Source: Macrostomum lignano
Taxonomy: Eukaryota
Direction of reading: 5' to 3'
DNA length: 64,000 nucleotides
Assembly (NCBI GenBank): GCA_002269645.1
Contig: NIVC01003380.1
Location: forward strand, 9,210 to 73,209
The translations under genes were made by a program, and so were the position numbers. Below the pieces are notes generated by a model, which was not told where the DNA came from, did no database searches, and was given only the letters and a program-made list of their open reading frames with translations. How positions within the stretch are numbered: the first letter of the stretch is position 1; every line of letters begins with the position of its first letter. Positions 48,461 to 61,056 of the stretch are shown here, piece after piece.

Positions 48461-50817
48461 CTAATTGCATTGATCAATCGGCCACACCTTGACGAAGCCC
48501 TGGTCGCTGCCGGTGTTGCCGCCGCTGCTGGCGGCGCAGCCGCTGCCGCCACAGAAGGAGCCGCCGCCTCCGCCGCCGTGATTGCCAGCGACGCCGGCAC
48601 CGCCGCCGCTGTAGCCGCCGCCACCGCCACCGGCGTTGAGACTCGTCATCGGGTAATTAGCTCCTCCGCCTCCGCCACCGAAGCCGCCAGCAGTCCCAGC
48701 GCTGTCACAAATCCAGCCATCAGCCAGACTGCCGCCTCGACCTCCATCGTACATGTTACTTGGTGGGTTTGCTGCCTTTCCCAGCCACCCGGCGCCGCAG
48801 CCACCGACGTAAGAGTCTGTTTTCCTTCCAGCGGGGTTGTTGGATCCGGGCTGACCGTTCGCTCCTCCGTAGCCGTAGTATGGAGTGTCACCGGGTATCG
48901 AAGCCGTACCGGATGTTCCTCCGGAACCGGCGGCGCCTGAAATATTAACCATGGAGGGGTATATTTTACGAGATATTAGAGTCATTGATGGACAACCGAA
49001 GCAGAAAGACCCTAAAACTTGATTTTTTCAGAAATGAGCTGCTAGACACCGATTAAGGAACACTTATTAGTTGTGGTATCTGTCCTAGCTATAGTGTTCT
49101 ACCGTAATTACATGTACGACTATGCAGTTACAGGAAAATTTGGCGCAGCATTTTTTTGAGCAAAATTCGGTTACGGATTGCGACTACGGAGATCCTGCCT
49201 AGCTAGTGGCGGCTACGGTTACGGATCAAGGACGGCTTAAGTGGAAGGACAGGAAACCTCGTTTTTGGAAAATGTTTGAAGGCAGGTTTCCTCCGAAAAA
49301 AATACACAGCGGAGATAGGAAGTTTTCATTTTTTCAGCACAAAAATTGTTATTGCTTTTGATAGGAGGCAGATCCAGTGTTCGTCTTTTGATAATTTGCG
49401 CCTTTCTTATTGCTCTATTGATATTCATAAAGCTTCTAGTTCAGAAAAATCGGATTCTATGTTAATTTTTTATTCTACCCACGTAGTCCAATTTTCGTCG
49501 CTTTTTAGTGCAACCACCCAGCTTCCTTCTAGTGCCATTGTGAGAATAATGGCGTATCATTTGTGTACATATGTTACTCGGCTCCACTTTATGGGCTTAA
49601 GTTGACGGGCCCATTGCGATGTTTTTCCAACTTCTTTAAATTCGAATGAAACATTTACCACTAACAATACTACATTTCACTCTCATAGTCGCTGGGGACA
49701 GGGCCGGGGTAGCAAGGGGTCTCGTACTGCAATGTGTTTTAGGCAGCTAAAGAAAAAATCTAAAAAAACATTCAACTATGTTTGATAGTCTCTATTGTTA
49801 TTCATGTCAGAGATTCAGCAGGAAAAGTAGCCCCTTTTAGCAAGAATTCTTAGACTAGAAGCTTTGTTACATGTGCCTCAGCATTCCACCTTGATCATTG
49901 GCAGGCCCGATCACACACATACCGACAGAACATTTTTAGTGTATTGGATTAACAGGCATTAAAAGCATTACCATTAGTAGTGTAACAGGCGCCTCCACCA
50001 CCGCCGGCGGCCAGAAGCAGTGTTGGCAAACCAGTCGTGTTAAATGTGTACACGAAGCTGCCTCCGCCTCCGCCAGCTCCTGTGTAGCCCCCCCCAGCTG
50101 AGCGATCCACCAGCACCGCCCTGCTGTCCGACAGCAATGGTCAGCAGGATACCGGCTGTCAGGCTGAAGGTGCCAGCGATGGCGGCTCCGCGACCGCCTG
50201 ATTTGGCTGTGCTGGAGCCGCCGCTGGCACCGGCAGCTTCAATTCGGTAGCACCCGGTGGAGTTGATCAGCAGCTGCTGGATGGAGCCGGTCCGGCCGGT
50301 TCCGGTGTCTGAAATTTACGACTTCTGCTGTTAGGGAACTGTGCCAACGATCTTTTATTACTTTGGCTGGCGATAAAGTCAGGATCTTGAGCTTTGTCCA
50401 CCATGTCAACAGCTTGCTTCTTTCTTGCTTGCTTCACACATTTTCTCGACTTTCCAGACAAGCCGAAGTGAAAGAGTAGAAATAAATGCTCACTTATAAA
50501 AGTCCTGTTGTCCCGAGGTCCCGAGCTTATCTTGTCGAACGTCCAGACCCTGGCTCCGGCCTCCGAGCCCAGCAGCCTCTGCACGCGACTCCCGGACGAG
50601 TGGCCTTCGTACACCATGGCCATTTGGCAGAGCCCGATGCTCTCGTGAGCCACCACCACAGAGCAGCCTCTCGATAGGCACCTCGTCACGCAGTCGATCT
50701 CGGAAGCCACCCCGGTCACATTGATCACTTCGCTGCTCACCGAGGCGTTGATGGTAACGGGCTCATCGACCAGGTAGTACTCTTGCTCAGGAGCTTGGCT
50801 GGCAGTCACGCAGGTGG
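48461..50817 (-). CDS. PAN/apple-like plus ALK/LTK-type glycine-rich domain protein, paralog 2 (+1 frameshift in a G8 run; first exon not located)
   Basis: Phase-1 exons 50817-50494, 50308-49972 and 48936-48461. Motifs YRIEAAGASGG, GGRGA, IAVGQQG, GGGGGSFV, LLLAAGGGGG, GGCGAGW, GGFGGGG, GGYSGG, GGGGGSF. Confidence 0.78.
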
Positions 50818-52714
50818 CTGAAATCAGCAAATTAATTGGGAGTTCAGGGATATTTGGGTCAAAGTGAGTTGCGGAATGGATTAGGTATCTTACCGGTGGA
50901 GAGCAGGCTAAGTAGTACTATTTGCGAAATCATTTCAGTAAAGAAAACTAGGATTGAATATTATAAAATCAGGGTTAGTCTTGATTTGTATCGCCTTGAA
51001 AAAAGACTTGAACCCCTGCTTATTAGGAGAGCCTCACAATTTCTGTGGTGCGAGAATTTTGCTAAATAGCCTAAGTATACCACAAGGAAGGCAGGTAAAC
51101 AACCTCTTCATCGCTATTTTTACCCTTCGGTCAATACGCCAGCCTCTCAATCCTGTCAGGCTTCCCTGGCAGCTTTCAGCTTTTGTCTCAGTTTTTGCCA
51201 GTGAATTTGGGAGCCTCTTAAAACAAAAGCAAAGACCAGTAAGGCGGCAGGCGAGTCTTGCTGAGCAAAGAACAATGATCAGGAGTAGAAACTCTTGTTG
51301 GGTGTTGAGAAGTTAGAAGCATCTTCCTCCTCTTTTGGCGGGGCCGGGTTAATAACTTAGAAGATCGCCTTGGCAACAAAGGCACTTGGCAACTAAATGG
51401 ACGAGAGGGGCAGGAGGACAGGTGCTCAGCGTCAGCAGGGTAGGAGGCTTCTCTCCTCCCCTTTCAATTTTCTGCTGACTTTCAGACCCTTTTAGTTGAG
51501 CTGACAATACTCACTCAAAACACTTCTGTACTGCTTTTTAAGCACATTAAGCACAGGTTTTTTGAGAAACAGACTTTCCTAGAACCGAAGAAGTTGCTTC
51601 CTTAACCGATGTTCGGTAGTATGGCCCATGGGCGACATTACTTGACAGAGAAGATTGTTAACCGCAAACATTTAACTTTAGCTTAAATAATTAAAATGGA
51701 ACACCTCTGCGGCGTGTACAACGATTTTCAAATAACAATAAGAATCAGGTGTTAAAATTCTTTTGTGCAATGTTTATTTGTTATAAAGAACTGCATAGTG
51801 CACAAGCTGCGATCGAAATCGAACAAATCGGGTTGTTAATGATGCAGAGCTTAGAGAAATGGCAACATTTAAAACTTGCACAAGTAAACAACTTCTCTTG
51901 AATCTCCCTAATTGCATGTTGCACAACTTCCACTTTACACTGCGGGGCGTATATTACGTAATCACCACGCTGAGCGATAGGGTGTAACAGCAAAATTACA
52001 AATTCGAATTACACCCTCATGGGGAGGTCCGAGAGAAGTTGCTTACTGGCCCAAAGGGCCCAAATTAAATATCACAGATTGAAAAACCTTTTTTACTTTG
52101 TGAAAGAAAAATACAGCAAAAAAAGCAAAAAGAACAGGAGCAACTATGAAGGCAATTTCTAGCAGAAAGTACATGATGTTTACGAAGAAGAAAATGTACT
52201 AGTAGTAATAATAACCGTATGCATGTGCTATATAGAATTGTTGTGTCAGGTCACGGGTAGGGGCTGAAGCCCAGCGGTCCAACGTGGCGCTCTGATGTGC
52301 CAGCAGCCCAGGCTCGATACCAAGTGCAGTCACATTAATTTGGGGCTGAATTGGAATCTCGGCTTGGCTCTGCTCCTGAAATTAACGTCTTTGAGGCCCA
52401 ACCCCCAAGGCACAGTGAAGTGTACATGCCTAACGATAAATAAAGTCAGGGCCGCTGTAAACTCCTGTGTGAGTGTGTGCCTGTGCGTATGACTGCGTAC
52501 GTATCCGCGGGCTTGTGTGCCTGCTCAGGGGATTCGGCGGAATGGGCGCCAGTAATGGCTCTCGCCGGTTGTGTGCCAATGTCGCGCCTAAAGTGCGCCA
52601 GGCTACACACAACCGCCTGCCTCTAACTAACTAGAAATCTTACTTAGGCTGGTAAATAACATTGACAAAAACGTTCGAATTCTCAACCCAAAGTTGTTTT
52701 ATCATCAAAACTGT

Positions 52715-54306
52715 TCAATCGCAATCCAGGACCGACTGCACCTTGACGAAGCCCTGGTCGCTGCCGGTGTTGCCGCCGCTGATGGCGGCGCAGCCGCGGC
52801 CGCCGCAGAAGGAGCCGCCGCCTCCGCCACCGTGATTGCCAGCGGCGCCGCCACCGCTGAAGCCGCCGCCTCCGCCGCCGCCATTGTCGTTCGTGGGGGT
52901 GCTGCCGCCACCGCCGCCGCCTCCGAACCCTCCGGTTCCGCCGTTATAGTTGGTGTTAACGGCTCCGCCGACCCAGCCGTCAGCCAAGCTTCCACCGTGG
53001 TCGCCGTCGTGCTGCGTGGCTTTAGCGTTGGTATTCTTGCCAAACCAGCCGGCGCCGCAGCCGCCGGGGTAGTAGTCTTCGTCATTATTATCAGAATTGC
53101 TGAAGCCCGCCTGACCGTTGCTGCCGCCGTAGCCAGAGTAATCAGAATCCCCAGCAACTGAGTTCGTGCCTCTTTCGTCTCCTGAGCCATCAGCACCTGA
53201 ATTTTGAAACACGACAGGAGCTTTAACTTTGATAACTGACTACTAATAGTAAGTAGTAAGCTTGTAAATAACCAATCAATCAATAAGTCAATCAATCAAT
53301 CAACCAATCCATCAATCAAAGGTTAGGGCCATAGTCATTGCTTTTGCTCATTCTCCTCTAGCTGTACATACTTTAAATTTGCTCAGTCACTCGTTCGTTA
53401 AATAATTCAACCCTGATGATGTCAAATAATGAGTCCTAATCAAGAAAATAATTGTTAATTATCTCTTTAATTTTTTTTAATCCGCTTCATTCTTCTTTGA
53501 TAACCAATGCTCGCGTTCGCATGAAGGCTCTCATCTCAAACAGGTGATTCAGCAGTCAGACGAGACCCTGCTCTGGCACTTACCAGCGTCATAGTAGCAG
53601 CCACCGCCGCCTCCGCCAGCAGCTAGCAGCAGCAGCGGGTTGCCAGAGGCGTTGACAGTGTACACAAAGCTGCCTCCGCCGCCACCTCCGCCGCCATCAC
53701 CGCTAGCGGGGCCCCCCTGCTGTCCGACAACAATGGTCAGCAGGGTGCCGGCAGTCAGGCTGAAGTTGCCTGCCATGACAGCTCCTCGACCGCTCGGTTG
53801 TCGAGCCCCGGGACTCCCGCTGGCACCGGCAGCTTCAATCCGGTAGCAGTGGGTGGTGTCGATCAGCAGCTGCTGGATGGTGCCGTTTCTACCGGTGCTG
53901 GAGTCTGGAAGATGGAGTTTAGCATAGAGAGATAAATATTCGCAGATCTAACGAAACTTTGGAATTTTGCAGAAGTCCTTACTGAGAAACTCAATGCTGA
54001 AGTTTAGGTGAATTAGCGGTGCGTCGAACGTCCAGACCCTGGCTCCGGCCTCCGAGCCCAGCAGCCTCTGCACGCGACTCCCGGACGAGTGGCCTTCGTA
54101 CACCATGGCCATTTGGCAGAGCCCGATGCTCTCGTGAGCCACCGCCACTGAGCAGCCTCTCGACAGGCACCTCGTCACGCAGTCGATCTCGGAAGCCACC
54201 CCGGTCACATTGATCACTTCGCTGCTCACCGAGGCGTTGATGGTAACGGGCTCATCGACCAGGTAGTACTCTTGCTCAGGAGCTTGGCTGGCAGTCACGC
54301 AGGTGG
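52715..54306 (-). CDS. PAN/apple-like plus ALK/LTK-type glycine-rich domain protein, paralog 3 (three exons intact; first exon not located)
   Basis: Symmetric phase-1 exons 54306-53983 (324 nt), 53904-53584 (321 nt) and 53196-52715 with canonical GT-AG sites; same motif series as paralog 2. Confidence 0.85.
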
Positions 54307-55493
54307 CTGAAATAAGCCAATTAATTGGGAGTTCAGGGATATTTGGGTCAAAGTGAGTTGCGAAATGGATTAGGCAGCTTACCGGTGGATAGCAAACAAA
54401 GTATTATTAGTTGCGAAATCATTTCAGCTAAAAAAGTTCTACGAGTAGTTCGGAATGGAATAAAAATTTTAAGATTTTTCGTAATCTTATCTGTTTCGTC
54501 TCTTGCTGTTAAATTTACTTTTTTATACCTAATTGAAAAGTTTCTCCTCTTCCTTGAGAGAGTGGCGTCCATATTTCCGTGAGAGGCGTCAGCTAAATAG
54601 TCAAAATGCTTGGACCACAATGAAGACGCAACCCTCTCAGCGAATCAATAAGCCAGCCTTTCTCAAGCGCTGCATTTGCTGTCTGAAGATGCACGCCTGC
54701 TTTATGTTTCCTGTTCCTATTTTTGACAGCGGCTGGGACTAACTTGGGAATAAAAACAAAAGAAATATTTTCTACAGAAGTAACTTTAGCTTGAGTTGTT
54801 GGACCAGTAACTAAGGGTGACGGGATGAGTCGAGTGGCTTTGGAAGAAAGATCGAGAGTAGGAGCTACTTGGCTAGGAAGTCGAGAAGCTGACACGGAGA
54901 TGGAAAGCGTCTTTAATTCCTACTCTTCTGTAGAGGTGGGGTAAACCTGACTCAGAAGGCGGCACAAACAATTAAAGCGCTTGACACAACGCGATAAAAT
55001 AGACAACTCCGATGTATACACGTAAAAACAGCCACAGAGTGCCGACAGGTGGTGTTTAGGCGTCAATTGGGCAAAACTCTCTGGTTCTTGACTAATTTTT
55101 CCTAGTTTCCCAAGAAGGGTAGCACTTCCCGCTCGGTACACTTCAGCAACCTCCCTTTTCTCATTTTTCAGCTCTTTTCCTTTTAAGTGTTCACTTGAAG
55201 AGCCGCCGCTAAAGCTCAGGGTAGGCAGGAAAAACATTGATTGCGTATACATAAATGTACGTATTTTTGCAAGTGTATATTGATTCCAAACTTATGTTAT
55301 TAAAGCTGTCTGAAAAAACATTAGCTACTTTTTTCACTTCATGAAGCCAAAAATACGATGTATTGTTAAATGCTAATTATCTCTAGATGGGCCGCTCGTT
55401 GAATTCTTGCGTGACTATATAATCAATGTCGACAGTTTTCGGTTCTGCTTCCACTTCATCATTAATAGGAGAGCGCTTGGCCTTGAAGCTAGT

Positions 55494-55653
55494 GGGGTCG
55501 CAGCCTATAGTGTGGTTAGAGCTTCGGACTCACGACTGAAAGGTTGGGGATTCAATTCTCGACCCACTCGGTCTCTACCCACAATTTGTGTCCTTGAGCA
55601 AGATACTTAACTCTGCATTGCTTCAGTTCACCCAGTTGTAAAAAGGTTACCTT
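55494..55653 (+). mobile_element. tRNA-derived SINE head with Nin/Deu-like core
   Basis: A box TGGTTAGAGC (55513), B-box-like GATTCAATTC (55549), then GTGTCCTTGAGCAAGATACTTAAC...CACCCAGTTGTAAAA, typical of Nin/Deu-domain SINEs. Confidence 0.7.
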
Positions 55654-55656
55654 AAA

Positions 55657-57345
55657 ACCACTGAAATGGCACGGCTCCGCCGATAAGGCGCAAGCCTGGG
55701 CTACCCGGCACGGCCTAACCATTAGCACTGCTAAGACGATGGCCATTATCTTCACCAGGAAGCGGAAGTGGAGCATGCGGAACCTCACCATCTATGGTAA
55801 GGACATCCCCCTAGTCAAGGAAACAAAATATCTAGGTGTGACGCTCACTCACGATCTGCGTTGGACTTAACCAAGCACGTTGGGCCTACCTGGGGACAAT
55901 CTCCCAAGACGGTCAGGTGGATCTACACTGGCATCATTCGACCCAGTATTACCTACGCATGTGTTATCTGGTCCAGTGCGTTGGAGTTGAAGACTGTGCG
56001 GGACCGGCTGTACCAGCTCCAGGGTACATCTGCCGTGCCATCACCGGTGCCTATCCATCCACCCCTTACGAGGGCCTTAACACCATCCTCAGCATGCCTC
56101 CGCTGCATTTGTTCATTAGAGCTGAGGCGATGAAGGGTGCCACGCTTCTCAGTTGTGATAAATTTATTGCTAACACCCCCTCGGGCTTCATGCCCGAGAA
56201 GACTCTCATCCCACATCTAGACTACATCCGTCGCGATCTTCAACACATCCACCTCAATTTAGACGAGGTGGACTGCAAACCCCCCACTTTCATCCTCAGG
56301 AAGGGCTTCAAGTTCAACCCTTCCGCCGCGAGGGAGCCACCCGCTGGACGTGGGCAGGAGAAGCCAGGGTATTCACTGCTTCACTGACGGATCCCTGTGT
56401 GACGGTCTCGCGGGCGCGGGCATCGCCATTTTCCACTAGGGTGAGGCGATCTTACAAGAAAGTCTTCATCTTGGTGAGAATGTCTCGGTTTTTCAATCCG
56501 AAGTTGGAGCCATCAACCAGTGCGCTGAGCAAATTTGCACAAAGCTGGTATCAGCAGCTTTGACATTTATTTTTATTCTGACAGCCAGGCTGCTACTAAG
56601 GCCTTGTCTTCCATCAAGCTCTCAACCAAATCAGTTTCAGACTGCTTCAAAAGCTTGCAGACCCTAGCGATTCTCAACAGGATCAATGTTATCTGAACAC
56701 CAGGCCATAGCAACATCCTCGGCAATGAGCTTGTGGATCAACTCGTTAAACGGGGTTGCACCCCGGTGGAGCCCAACGCCCAGTCAAGTTACCTTCTCCG
56801 AAGTCATCAGTCAATCGCGCCATTCAAGATTGGCTGAATCGCCAGCACCAGGTCCACTGGGACAGCTGCTCCGAATATCGGCAAACACGAATTGCAATGC
56901 CTGTCATAAACCGGAAAGTATCCGAATATCTAATCTCCTTAAGTAAAACTGACATCAGGGAGATGTGCATGGTCATCACTGGCCATGGCTTCTTCCAGAG
57001 ACATATTTCACTGCAAAGTGGTTGCTCCCCTATCTGCCCATTCTGTGATCTAGAGGAGGAAACCTCGACGCAACCACGTCACTTTCTGCCCGCACTTCAG
57101 CGAGGCGCGAAGGCGTCACCTCGGTCACCCGCTAAGGCTGGACGAGCTCACCACTCCGGACCGGATCCGTGACCTGCGCGCATTCGTTCGAGATTCTGGG
57201 CGGATGAAGATCGCAGACGCCGCCACTCTTGCCAGCGCTTCTGCTGCCGGCGAGGGGTGGGCGCAGCCCCAAGGCTAACGCCTTTCTGCTTTTAGCTTGG
57301 GGTTGCGATAGGGGCCTCGCAGCCTAATCGCGGCGCTCTGCCCCC
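55657..57345 (+). mobile_element. 5'-truncated I/R1/Loa-group LINE with RNase H
   Basis: RT thumb (HGL.IS..KT.AIIFTRKR...[10 protein letters not shown]), RNase H (FTDGS at 56380, SVFQSEV, SDSQAA, GNE.VD) and C-terminal CPFC...EET..H...C knuckle; multiple frameshifts. Confidence 0.85.
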
Positions 57346-59329
57346 CGTCGGTAGTTAATGGCACGGCTCATTGGTTTTATGAATCTATTTTGCCATTCTT
57401 GTAACAACATGTGAAACAGAGATGATAAAATAGATTCACAAAACCAAAGACTCGAGCTTTGCCATGCATTTTTATGATTTTTAGATACAGGAAATGTACA
57501 TATACGGTGAATAAAAAATTAACACATAATCCTAGTTAATTTTTTGAACAAAAAGCTTTATGAATATCAATAGAGCTATAAGAAAGGCACAATTAACATA
57601 TCAAACGATGAACATTGGATCTGTCGAAAGCAAAAACAATTTTTGTGCTGAAAAAATCAAAACTTTCTATCTCCATAGCTAGTGCATTTTTTTTTGGCAA
57701 AAAGTGGCCCATGAAGCTTCAGAACCTTTCCCATGAAACGTGAGTGTTGCGTCCTGTATATACGTTGCTTTAGTTGTCCTTGTTCTGCGCCTAGCTAATG
57801 CTTTTTTCAGTGAGTTTTTACCGCAGATATCCATTCCTGCAGGCTAAAGCTTCAACCTCATAAATTGGAAACGTTGAAATTTTCATGATAGCTATTTTTT
57901 TTATTAAGCAAAATTTTTCAGCTTAAGAATTATTCAACCTTATTTAATTATTTTTGATATGTTTTATCCAAATGCATGCAATAAATACCAATTTAGGAGC
58001 TGGAGTGATCTGGATATTCTAAAAAAACAAGATAATTTCGTATGATTTTTTTGATTTCTTCCAGACTAGAATGATATAAAATGATACAGTTCGTTACAAA
58101 ATCCCTATGTACAAGTAAAATAAGAACGAATAAATTCGCTAGAACCAACAGAGCAATTCTGCGACTAAACAAGAAGACAAAAAATCATTCGAAATGAAAT
58201 CACCAAAGCAACGCTTGCTAACGGCCCTAGCACTGCTGCTATTGCTCGCAGAAGGACCTGTTTATGGCCAGCCTGACACTGCTCCGACCCCAGCAACTCC
58301 TGCACCTACATCCGGCACCAATTAGACCAAGGCAAAAAATGCGGGGCAACCGCCGCCTAACGTCCGCCTGCCGACCGGAGTGAAGCCACTACACTATGCA
58401 GTCACCCTGGCGCCCTACATCTACGGCAGCAATGCCTTGGAGTTCTACTTCATCGGCTCCATGCAGGTGAGACTCAGCATCGAAGACTCAACTAGCAACA
58501 TAAAGCTGCACTCGGCGGAGAACATTAAACTCACCGCAGCGGATTTTCGGGTCTACGACAGCTGCTTAGACATAAACTACGCAATCGCCAACTGTGTGTA
58601 CGACAGGGATAGTCAGTGGTACAGCATCGACCTGTGTGCGCCGCTGCCAGCGAACAGCACCAACATCGTGATCGAGATCCCACGCTTCAGATCTCCGCTT
58701 CGATCCGGTTTGCGAGGCTTGTACCTGAGCTCGTACACCGAGAAGAGAACCACAAAGTACCTAGCGACGTCCCAGCTTCAAGTATATCACGCCAGGATGG
58801 TGTTTCCGTGTTTCGACGAGCCCGCATTCAAGGCCAGGTTTGACATCAGCATTGTCAGAGAGAAGGGTTTCACTGCGCTCAGCAACATGCCATCGAAACG
58901 AGTCACCAAAGCCAGGGCCAGCAATTGGTTCAGCGAGATGAGCGACTCGGATCAGGTAGAGAAGGAAGACTTTGAGACCACTCCCATCATGTCCACGTAC
59001 ATTCTTGCGTTCGTTGTTTCTCAGTTCGAATACATTGAAGACACGGATTCTCAGATGCGAACGTACCGCACTTATGTGAGACCAGAGCTTCTAAACATAA
59101 TGAACTTTTCACAGGACGCGCTAAAGAATCTAACTCTGTTCTTCGAATCCTACTTTGATGTTCGATTTCCGCTGAAAAAAATTAGACCAAATTGCTGTTC
59201 CTGATTTTCCTTCAAGGGGCATGGAAAACTGGGGTCTAGTTGTCTATCGTGAAAGTTACGTTGCCATTGACAACCGAAAATATAGGGCCTTCAACTACCA
59301 GTTTAGTGGAATTCTTGTCAGTCACGAGG

Positions 59330-59897
59330 CAAGGACCACTAGAAGTTACCGTTGTATCAGGACGCAACACTCGTAAATATTGCAAAATTATTTGAAGGCC
59401 CGCTTGTTTGCATTGCAGCTGAACTTTAAATGCTCATAACTCCGGACTGGTTGCACTTAAAAAGATATTTTTTTCGCCAGGTTGCTCAAAATTTTGTTTT
59501 CTTTAACATGATGCAAAGTTTGGCGCTATATCTACATGTAGGAGCGGCGGGCGTACAGTAAAGTAACGGCAATACACAATATTTCATTGCATACAAAATG
59601 AATAAAGTTTCAGTTACTTCAATCATTGCCTCCTAGTCTCGATAAAGTAGCAGACCATACTTTATATCCTCCAGTTTGGAAGCTTTATAAAGCAGATAAT
59701 CTGTACAGAGTTGAGTAGGCTGCAAATGTTGAGTTTCTGAGGCTCAAATGTAGTGCATGCTTCTTTAAAACAGTAAAGTAGAATACTTTTTTGAAGGCAA
59801 GTACGATAGATACACGTAAACAAGCGGGCCTTCAAATAATTTTGCAATATTTACGAGTGTTGCGTCCTGATACAACGGTAACTTCTAGTGGTCCTTG
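59330..59897. mobile_element. MITE with 80-bp perfect TIRs (CAAGG termini, P/hAT-like)
   Basis: 59330-59409 is the exact reverse complement of 59818-59897; perfect 8-bp TSD TCACGAGG. Confidence 0.95.
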
Positions 59898-60718
59898 TCA
59901 CGAGGTCGCTCACATGTGGTTTGGAAACTTAGTCACTCCTAAATGGTGGGACGACCTGTGGCTGAACGAAGGATTCGCTAGTTTCGCGCTAACCATTGGC
60001 GTGAACAACATTCGACCGGATTGGGATTTTGATGCTCAGTTTGTTGCGACTTATAAGCTGAAGACGCTGGAAACAGATTCGCTGGCTAACAGTCATCCGA
60101 TTTTCTTCGAAGTCAAGCAACTGATAAATATCTACCAAAACTTCGACTCAATCACTTACTTTAAAGGTGGAATGATTCTCCGCATGCTTCACGGGTTCGT
60201 TGGTGACGAGGTCTTCCGCAAAGGTGTCGGAAACTACCTGCGTCAGAACAGCTACGGAAACACATTCCACACCGCTCTCTATGACAGTCTGACCCGGCAG
60301 TACTCCGAGTCCACAAACAAGTCTCTCGACGTCGGCTTAGTGATGGATCGCTGGATCAAGCAGATGGGCTACCCCGTGCTCAACTGTTCCGTCACTGCAA
60401 CTGGACGTCTCACACTGACGCAGAACCACTTTCTCTGGAATGCCAGTCAAGTTCCGAGCTACCTGAGCGACTACAACTACACGTGGATCATCCCTGTCAC
60501 CATGGGACGTGTCGGGCTTCGTGAACTGGATGACCGAGAAGGAGCAGTCCTTCGAACTCGACAGCTCGGCCGATTGGTATCTGCTCAACCTTCGCTCGTC
60601 CGGCTTCTACAGAGTGAACTACGACTTGGACAACTGGAAGCGGCTCATCGATCAGCTGGTCTCGAATCACACGGTGTTCAGTCCACAGGACAGGGCTCGT
60701 CTGCTCGATGACAGTTTC

Positions 60719-61056
60719 TGTGATGGCCTGGGCTGGGGATCGCTCCGCAGTCCTGGCCATATGGTCTGCCGCTACCACTGACTATGTTTGTTTGCACTCT
60801 GTTTGTTCCCCTCACTGACTCACCGGAGTCACCCCTTCTGAACACTTCCCCCATGCTACGTATGCACCATTCGTACGCGTGTTCCATGCATCGTGCCACA
60901 GCGCGCCTGGCTATGTTGGGGCCCAGGAGCCCACGAATACTCGTATATGGCAAAGCTAGACGATACGGTCTGGTTTACATCTCTTATTCCTGTCTGCCAC
61001 TCGGGAGCCAATTTCCAGTGCATAGCGAATCAAGACTTCGTTCTCGAGTCATTGCA
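60719..61056. mobile_element. Solo LTR (338 bp)
   Basis: TG...CA ends with 5-bp TSD GTTTC; removing it restores the in-frame DDSF-ALASAGYLDY of the aminopeptidase. Confidence 0.85.

Noticed and set aside
51250-51330. Signal-peptide exon for paralog 2 (FLLLIIVLCSARLAC, minus strand)
   Set aside because: No in-frame ATG and only a weak donor site; not supportable without cDNA.
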